Shown piece after piece: positions 58,298 to 64,000 of a DNA stretch of 64,000 nt (its first letter is position 1; each line of letters opens with the position of its first letter). A program made the position numbers and the translations under genes. The stretch is taken from contig CALXHI010000008.1 of the NCBI GenBank assembly GCA_944388075.1, positions 33,334 to 97,333 of the forward strand. Direction: 5' to 3'. The notes below the pieces were generated by a model. It did not search any database. It had not been told where the DNA came from and saw only the letters and a list, made by a program, of their open reading frames with translations. This DNA is from an uncultured Clostridia bacterium. GTDB lineage: Bacteria > Bacillota > Clostridia > Oscillospirales > Ruminococcaceae.

Positions 58298-58397
58298 ATT
58301 AAGGATATCGCACAGCCGGCTTCAGCATATGCCGCTCGGCTCTGCGTCGGGCAGCTTATGCCCAAACGATATGATTCCAGCAAAAGGAGACTTTCCC

Positions 58398-59651
58398 ATG
58401 GCCAAATCCACTACCTGCGCTTGCGGCGGCAGCTACGACAACAATGCTGTCTGCATCAACTGCGGAAAAAAGCGTCCCCGTTCAACCAGCTATCGTGTGT
58501 GGCACAGCTTTCTGTGCGTGATAGCAATCCTCTTCCTGCTCGGCTGCATGAGCACATCCATCAGCGTCCGCCACTATCTCCACTCCGATACGCTGATTGA
58601 TTCGCTCGAAGAAGCACGCTTTTCCGATGCGAACATTCCGTTCACCGGTCAAACCGCTGCGGAGTTTCTTTACGATGAATTCGTCGACGATGAGAAAATA
58701 ACGGTTGACGATATGGCAAAGGCCATCGACAGCCTAGAACTGCCGGAATTTGCAGCTGCAAAGCTCGACCAGTATTTTGATCTGCTCCGTGGCGATTCCG
58801 ATACTGCGGTCAAGATCAATGTAGAAGAGCTCATTGACCTGCTGGAAGCGGCAGAGCCGGCCATCTATGACAGCTGTATGCTGATTATCGAAGACCACGA
58901 CAAAGAAACAATCCGCCTGAATGCAGAAGGTCCGTTCAATACGATCAATTCCCTGTCGGATTTCTTCTATGGCTCCAAAGCCATGCGTGCGCTTTCTCGA
59001 TTCCAATACAGCATCGGTGCCATCATCCTGCAAATTGTCCTGCTGGCACTGGTACTCTGGCGTTGGTGCGTCGTGATGCGCAACAGCGGCAAGCCGGCCT
59101 CCAAGGGTGTTCACCATTTTGGCATGAGCATTCTCGTACCTTCGATTGCGTCTTTGCTCTGTTGCCTGATTGGTGCTGCCTTCTCGCTGTTTGCGAAGGA
59201 TGACGTGATCGGCATTCATGATGCACTCGCTGCGATTCGTGCCCCCTTCTGGACGAGCAGCATTCTCGGTATTCTCGCCGGCGTTGCACTGCTGTTTGCG
59301 GCTGCCATCATCGTACGAGCCGGTAAACCGCGCAAACAGCCTGCCGAACCGGTCATAGAATCTGTACCGACACCGGCTGCAATGCCTGCACCCGAAACTG
59401 CCAAGGCAACAACGCATTGCCGTTACTGCAAACGTACCATTGCCGAAAATGCTAGCTTCTGTATCTACTGCGGCAAACCGCAGAACGCTCCGGAACCGTC
59501 CGTGGAAGAAGCTGTATCGGAAAATGTATCCGTTGCGGATACACCGATTGCCGAAACAACCGTAGCAGAAACTCCTGTTATCCCCACGGAAACACCTGTC
59601 GAACCCGCTCCCATCGGCGCACCGGAAGATCCGTCCGAACCAACCGTCTGA
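58398..59651 (+). CDS. membrane protein with N-terminal and C-proximal zinc ribbons, function unknown
   Basis: AAAGGAGA SD before the ATG at 58398. CACGG...CINCG ribbon, four TM helices, second ribbon CRYC...CIYCG, Pro/Glu/Thr-rich tail. Confidence 0.6.
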   Translation: MAKSTTCACGGSYDNNAVCINCGKKRPRSTSYRVWHSFLCVIAILFLLGCMSTSISVRHYLHSDTLIDSLEEARFSDANIPFTGQTAAEFLYDEFVDDEKITVDDMAKAIDSLELPEFAAAKLDQYFDLLRGDSDTAVKINVEELIDLLEAAEPAIYDSCMLIIEDHDKETIRLNAEGPFNTINSLSDFFYGSKAMRALSRFQYSIGAIILQIVLLALVLWRWCVVMRNSGKPASKGVHHFGMSILVPSIASLLCCLIGAAFSLFAKDDVIGIHDALAAIRAPFWTSSILGILAGVALLFAAAIIVRAGKPRKQPAEPVIESVPTPAAMPAPETAKATTHCRYCKRTIAENASFCIYCGKPQNAPEPSVEEAVSENVSVADTPIAETTVAETPVIPTETPVEPAPIGAPEDPSEPTV

Positions 59652-59660
59652 GGTGACAGC

Positions 59661-60701
59661 ATGATCGCTCGCTCTGGATTTCCCGTTCGTTTCCTATTCG
59701 CATGGATGCTGTTGATGGGCGTGCTGCTTTGCAGCGGCTGTTCCGATGCAGAATCCTCCTACCCCGAAATCACAACCACGACCACAACGACTGCAACGGA
59801 AACAACTACGACTACCACAACCACACGCTATCCCGGTGCACCGAACCGTACAACCCATACAACCACCATTGTACCCGGAGAATTGCGTGGAAAGCAGGCA
59901 TTGCTGATCGATATGGATGAGGAAATGATCCTTGCCGAATGCGGCAGCAGCGAAGTCCTCTATCCGGCTTCGCTGACCAAAATCATAAGCCTGATTATCG
60001 TCCTCGACCACATTTCCACAGCGCAATTCGATACCGTCGTCACCATGTCCGATGACGTAATCGCACCGCTGCGGGCACAAATGGCTGCCTGCACCGGTCT
60101 GCAAGGCGGCGAATCGGCCACCTACTCCGATTTGCTGTACGGCATGATGCTGCCATCGGGTGCAGATGCCACAGTCACGCTCGCCATCGAAGCCTGCGGC
60201 AGTGAGGCGGCATTCGTTGCTGAGATGAATCAGCTCGCCGAAGAAATGGGGCTTACGCAAACGCATTTCGTCAACCCAACCGGTTTGCATGACGAAGCCC
60301 ATCAAACGACCTTGCTCGACCTTTCCCGCATTCTCACCTATGCGCTGAAAAATCCGATTGCCTGCCAGATTCTCTCCACCAGAGAGTACCACATGCCTGC
60401 AACCGAACAGCATCCGGAAGGCTTGATTTTCCCCCACACGATGTTCATGCGCATGAAGGGCACGGAAGTTCCCGGCATGACCATACTCGGCGGAAAAACC
60501 GGCTTCACCGATCAGGCAGGACAATGCCTCGCTTCCTGGGCACAGAATGAAGATGGCAAGCAATATCTCTGTATCGTTGCCGGCTGTCCCGATCCCATGG
60601 ATGTGGTCTATGACAGCCTGAATCTCTACGCCAATATCGACCGTTTCGGTACGGGTACCGTTGATCTGACGCAATACCAACCGGAGGAAGAAACTCCGTA
60701 A
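59661..60701 (+). CDS. D-alanyl-D-alanine carboxypeptidase (S11, PBP5-type) with Thr-rich linker
   Basis: Signal/lipobox LCSGC, SxxK = ASLTK, a possible SxN-type motif in LPSGADA (uncertain), KTG = GKTGFT. Confidence 0.8.
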   Translation: MIARSGFPVRFLFAWMLLMGVLLCSGCSDAESSYPEITTTTTTTATETTTTTTTTRYPGAPNRTTHTTTIVPGELRGKQALLIDMDEEMILAECGSSEVLYPASLTKIISLIIVLDHISTAQFDTVVTMSDDVIAPLRAQMAACTGLQGGESATYSDLLYGMMLPSGADATVTLAIEACGSEAAFVAEMNQLAEEMGLTQTHFVNPTGLHDEAHQTTLLDLSRILTYALKNPIACQILSTREYHMPATEQHPEGLIFPHTMFMRMKGTEVPGMTILGGKTGFTDQAGQCLASWAQNEDGKQYLCIVAGCPDPMDVVYDSLNLYANIDRFGTGTVDLTQYQPEEETP

Positions 60702-60719
60702 CCGAAAAGAGGCTTGCAT

Positions 60720-62756
60720 ATGAAAGTTCAAATCACAATTGCAGAATCTGCCGGCTTCTGCTTCGGTGTTGACCGTGCGGTCAAGCTGGTTTATCAGGCA
60801 CTCGAGGAGGGTCACAAGGTTGCTACCCTCGGTCCAATCATTCATAACGATGCGGTTGTCAATGACCTGCTTGCCAAAGGTGCACGCATCATTGAAAACA
60901 TTGATGAACTGCTGCCCGATGAAACGCTCATCATCCGTTCCCACGGGGTTGGTGCAGATATTTACCGACAGCTTGCGCAGAACAAGCAACACTATATCGA
61001 TGCGACCTGTCCTTTTGTCGCAAGGATTCACAAAATTGTTGCCGAGCAGACCGCAGATGGTCGTGCCATCTGGATTGCCGGCGATCCGACGCATCCAGAA
61101 GTCGAAGGAATCGTCGGACACTGTACTGAAAATTATACAGTTTTTCGTGACAAACAAGAGCTGAGTTGCCTGATTGAGAGAAAAACGGCTCAGCCTATTG
61201 CAATTGTTGCGCAAACAACGTATAATAGAATAGCATGGGAAGATTGTATAGGTGATCTCTCTTCTCGCGAACCCGAGATTCGTGTGTTTGGTACGATTTG
61301 CAATGCAACCACCACCCGTCAATCCGATGCGGATGCTCTCTCACGGCAATCCGATCTGATGATCGTGGCAGGCGGTAAGCACAGCTCAAACACGGTAAAG
61401 CTCTATGATGTGTGCCGCAAAAACTGCCCCACATGGCATATTGCCGATCCGCAGGAGCTGCTGCAAATTCTCCCCACCATTCGGGAAACCGCAGAAGGGA
61501 TTGCCCGTAGTGCCCAAACCGGAATACTTCGTGTCGGTATTACGGCGGGTGCGAGTACACCTTCCTACATTATTAAGGAGGTTCAAGCCATTATGACGAA
61601 AATTTATGACACCGATCCCGCGGCCATGGACAATGGCGAGTTTTCTGCACTGCTTGCAGAGGAAGAGAGCAAGTTCAAAAAAATACGTAAGGGGGACCGG
61701 GTCACGGGTATTGTTGTGTCTGTCAACAATAACGAAGTAATGGTTGATGTCAATGCCAAGCAAACCGGCTATATTTCGCAGTCCGATCTGACCCGCGATC
61801 CGTCCAAGAAGCCTGCTGATCTTGTAAAGCCCGGCGACGAGCTTGATCTGATCGTTTTGCAGGTCAACGATGCGGATGGTACTGTTCAGCTCTCCAAGGT
61901 TCGTGTTGACGAGATCCGCGGCTTCGAGCAGATTCTCGCTGCAAGCGAGAACAAAGAAGTTCTCACCGGCACTGTCATCAACGTTGTGAAGGGCGGTCTG
62001 GTCGTCAATGCAAACGGCGTTTCCGTCTTCATTCCGGCTTCGCAGTCCGGTCTGAGCAGAGGTGCTGACCTATCCACCATGCTCCATCAGGAGGTTCGTT
62101 TCGTGATCATCGAAGTCAACGAGCAGCGTCACAGAGCTGTCGGTTCCATCCGTCAGGTTCAGTCCGCTGAGCGTGCAGCTGCCAAGGAAAAGTTCTGGGC
62201 AACCGCAAAAGAAGGCGATGTGTTCACCGGTGAGGTCAAGTCCCTGACCGATTACGGCGCATTTGTCGATCTGGGCGGCATCGACGGTATGGTTCACGTT
62301 TCCGAGTTGAGCTGGAGCCGTATCCACCGCCCGAGCGATGTGATCTCCGTAGGCGATACCCTCGAGGTCTTCATCAAGGCGCTGAATCCGGAAACCGGTC
62401 GTATTTCGCTCGGTCACAAGCGTCAGGAGGACAATCCGTGGTACAAGTTCACCCAGCAGTATCACATCGGTGATGTTGTCGAAGCAACGATCGTCTCTAC
62501 GACTTCGTTCGGTGCATTTGCCCGTATCATGGATAACATCGATGGTCTCATTCACATCTCCCAGCTTGGCACACAGCGTGTGACCAATGTCAAGGACGTG
62601 GTCAATGTTGGTGATATCGTGACCGTCAAGATCATTGATATCGACACCGAGCAAGAGCGCATCAGCCTCTCAATTCGTGCGGTTGCAGAGGACAACGCAC
62701 CGGCGGAAGAAGCCGATGAGGTTGTCTACTCCGACGAGGCTCCGGCTGAGGAGTAA
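60720..62756 (+). CDS. ispH: bifunctional 4-hydroxy-3-methylbut-2-enyl diphosphate reductase / ribosomal protein S1-like fusion
   Basis: IspH N-terminal ~280 aa (AGFCFGVDRAV, ATCPFV, TICNAT) followed by four S1 OB-fold repeats. Confidence 0.9.
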   Translation: MKVQITIAESAGFCFGVDRAVKLVYQALEEGHKVATLGPIIHNDAVVNDLLAKGARIIENIDELLPDETLIIRSHGVGADIYRQLAQNKQHYIDATCPFVARIHKIVAEQTADGRAIWIAGDPTHPEVEGIVGHCTENYTVFRDKQELSCLIERKTAQPIAIVAQTTYNRIAWEDCIGDLSSREPEIRVFGTICNATTTRQSDADALSRQSDLMIVAGGKHSSNTVKLYDVCRKNCPTWHIADPQELLQILPTIRETAEGIARSAQTGILRVGITAGASTPSYIIKEVQAIMTKIYDTDPAAMDNGEFSALLAEEESKFKKIRKGDRVTGIVVSVNNNEVMVDVNAKQTGYISQSDLTRDPSKKPADLVKPGDELDLIVLQVNDADGTVQLSKVRVDEIRGFEQILAASENKEVLTGTVINVVKGGLVVNANGVSVFIPASQSGLSRGADLSTMLHQEVRFVIIEVNEQRHRAVGSIRQVQSAERAAAKEKFWATAKEGDVFTGEVKSLTDYGAFVDLGGIDGMVHVSELSWSRIHRPSDVISVGDTLEVFIKALNPETGRISLGHKRQEDNPWYKFTQQYHIGDVVEATIVSTTSFGAFARIMDNIDGLIHISQLGTQRVTNVKDVVNVGDIVTVKIIDIDTEQERISLSIRAVAEDNAPAEEADEVVYSDEAPAEE

Positions 62757-62771
62757 TCTGGCACAAACAAC

Positions 62772-62806
62772 AGACTGCTGTACATCTGTACGGCAGTCTT
62801 TTTTTG
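62772..62806 (+). terminator. intrinsic terminator
   Basis: AGACTGCTGTAC atct GTACGGCAGTCT followed by TTTTTTT. Confidence 0.8.
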
Positions 62807-62897
62807 TACAAATACGAAAATACAGGAAAACAGCAGCCGAATGCACCGCTTGTTGGATTTTTACCTCAAATCCGGTGCTGTGAGCATTTTTTCGGCC

Positions 62898-62926
62898 TTG
62901 ACAGATGGCAAAAAATGTGATATGAT
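62898..62926 (+). promoter_or_regulatory. sigma-A type promoter
   Basis: TTGACA, 17 nt spacer, TATGAT. Confidence 0.5.
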
Positions 62927-62973
62927 ATTATTATCGATACTGCCTGTGTATCGTGAAAGGAGCTGATATCCGA

Positions 62974-63663
62974 TTGAAAAGTCAAACCAAATTGCTGCTT
63001 ATCCTGCTGATGATCGGCGAAGCCGGGCTTGCCATTTTATTATTTCGTCTGCTGTTTGCTGCGCCGATTTTCATGCGTCTGCTAGTGTTACTTGCTGTTG
63101 TGGGCGGATCGCTCACCATCGACTGGATGATTATACGCAATGACAGTGCCGCAGTCGTCAGCAAGCCCCAACGACTCAAGGATACCGATGACTACATCAA
63201 AGCATTTGACGCGTGGCAGCGCGAGGGCACGCCCTTCGGGGAATTTATTGCCGCCGCACTGCGCCAGCTCACATCCCTGAAGAAAAAGAACATTGCGCTC
63301 CGTGCCATTCTGGACGAAACAAAGGACAGTCCCTTTCTCAACACTGCCGATGAGGTACAAACCTATATCCTTGCCAACTGCAAGCGCATTCTCAATCGCA
63401 TCATGGTGTTTGACGCCGCTGATTCTCGCAGTTTTCGGGTGCATGCGGCATATATTCAGGATATCCTCAACCGCAATGCAAAAGTCCTCACCGACTACGA
63501 GAACCTCATCCTCGAAGTTTCCCAGATTGGCGACGACCATACTGCCGCTCTGCCCTGCCTGAATGAATTGACAGAAGCTTTGCGCAGTATGCGAGAGCCG
63601 GAAATTGATGCATTCGATGGTGAGGACAGCACGCCTCGAAATCTCCAACAGCCACTATCCTAA
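62974..63663 (+). CDS. hypothetical protein with two N-terminal TM helices and a helical cytoplasmic domain (weak XpaC-like impression)
   Basis: Coherent ORF. TTG at 62974 lies 11 nt after AAGGAG; the start is uncertain (GTG 62953 is the alternative). Confidence 0.5.
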   Translation: MKSQTKLLLILLMIGEAGLAILLFRLLFAAPIFMRLLVLLAVVGGSLTIDWMIIRNDSAAVVSKPQRLKDTDDYIKAFDAWQREGTPFGEFIAAALRQLTSLKKKNIALRAILDETKDSPFLNTADEVQTYILANCKRILNRIMVFDAADSRSFRVHAAYIQDILNRNAKVLTDYENLILEVSQIGDDHTAALPCLNELTEALRSMREPEIDAFDGEDSTPRNLQQPLS

Positions 63664-63684
63664 CAAACCCGAAAGGAGCATATT

Positions 63685-64000
63685 ATGGCAAGTAAACAAA
63701 AAAATGCAGCATTCTTAATCGTACTCGGCATCGCCATGGTAATGATCATCGGCATTGGTCTTCTGATTGGACATTTTGCAGGAAAATCAAAAGGCGAAAT
63801 TTCTCGAGAATATGCCGTTTCACAGCTTGAGAAAAAAATCAAGCGCATCGATGTGACGGAATCGACGCCCCGTAAGGCAACCGTTCAAATCGCAGGCTCG
63901 AACCTCGCAGAAGAATTGCCGGATATCGAAAAATATCCGCTCAGTGTCACCGGCCAGGGCGATATCAACATCGAGATTTTCTCCTCCACCGAAAAATCCT
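63685..64000 (+). CDS. membrane-anchored protein, 3' end outside window
   Basis: GAAAGGAG SD 6 nt before the ATG at 63685. The frame stays open to the window end, with an N-terminal TM helix AAFLIVLGIAMVMIIGIGLLIG. Confidence 0.55.
   Translation, partial: MASKQKNAAFLIVLGIAMVMIIGIGLLIGHFAGKSKGEISREYAVSQLEKKIKRIDVTESTPRKATVQIAGSNLAEELPDIEKYPLSVTGQGDINIEIFSSTEKS

Overview
The window reads as chromosomal DNA from a Gram-positive anaerobe of the Clostridia, probably a cellulosome-type Ruminococcaceae/Oscillospiraceae organism. This is inferred from a dockerin-bearing GH53 galactanase, Thr-rich linkers, SpoIID, CIRCE-controlled groESL, an IspH-S1 fusion, and very canonical sigma-A promoters with TGn extended -10 boxes. 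I support about 55 protein genes, 3 tRNAs, and several promoters and intrinsic terminators. Most of it is housekeeping: ktrAB, surE, guaA, spoIID, citrate synthase, a two-component system, DUF1385-prmC, recA-recX-rimO-pgsA-cysE, an ECF sigma/anti-sigma pair, cysS, groESL, a PBP5-type carboxypeptidase and ispH-S1. Three regions stand out. (1) 7.2-12.5 kb holds a tight operon: a divergent full-length HtpG/HSP90-type ATPase followed by two mutually paralogous proteins of unknown function. (2) 38.1-50.1 kb is a cleanly bounded ~12 kb operon. It encodes one ~970-aa solute-binding protein, two complete ABC permease pairs, a DUF5696-like exoprotein, a Yip1 membrane protein and an NHL/TPR membrane-anchored protein, with no ATPase and no regulator. 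(3) 16.6-19.4 kb is an AT-rich, decayed integrative element at the 3' end of guaA, with a truncated integrase, an excisionase-like gene, an XRE regulator and a frameshifted cargo gene. Smaller items are a ~260-nt guaA leader full of nested inverted repeats that does not look like a purine riboswitch, a frameshifted small membrane gene, and an anti-sigma-like protein whose ectodomain is almost pure Thr/Ser and is encoded by tandem DNA repeats. I saw no CRISPR array, rRNA or intact transposase. All product calls come from motif recognition by eye; no database search, folding or statistics were run. Many start codons were moved from the ORF-track start to the ATG/TTG with a Shine-Dalgarno sequence.
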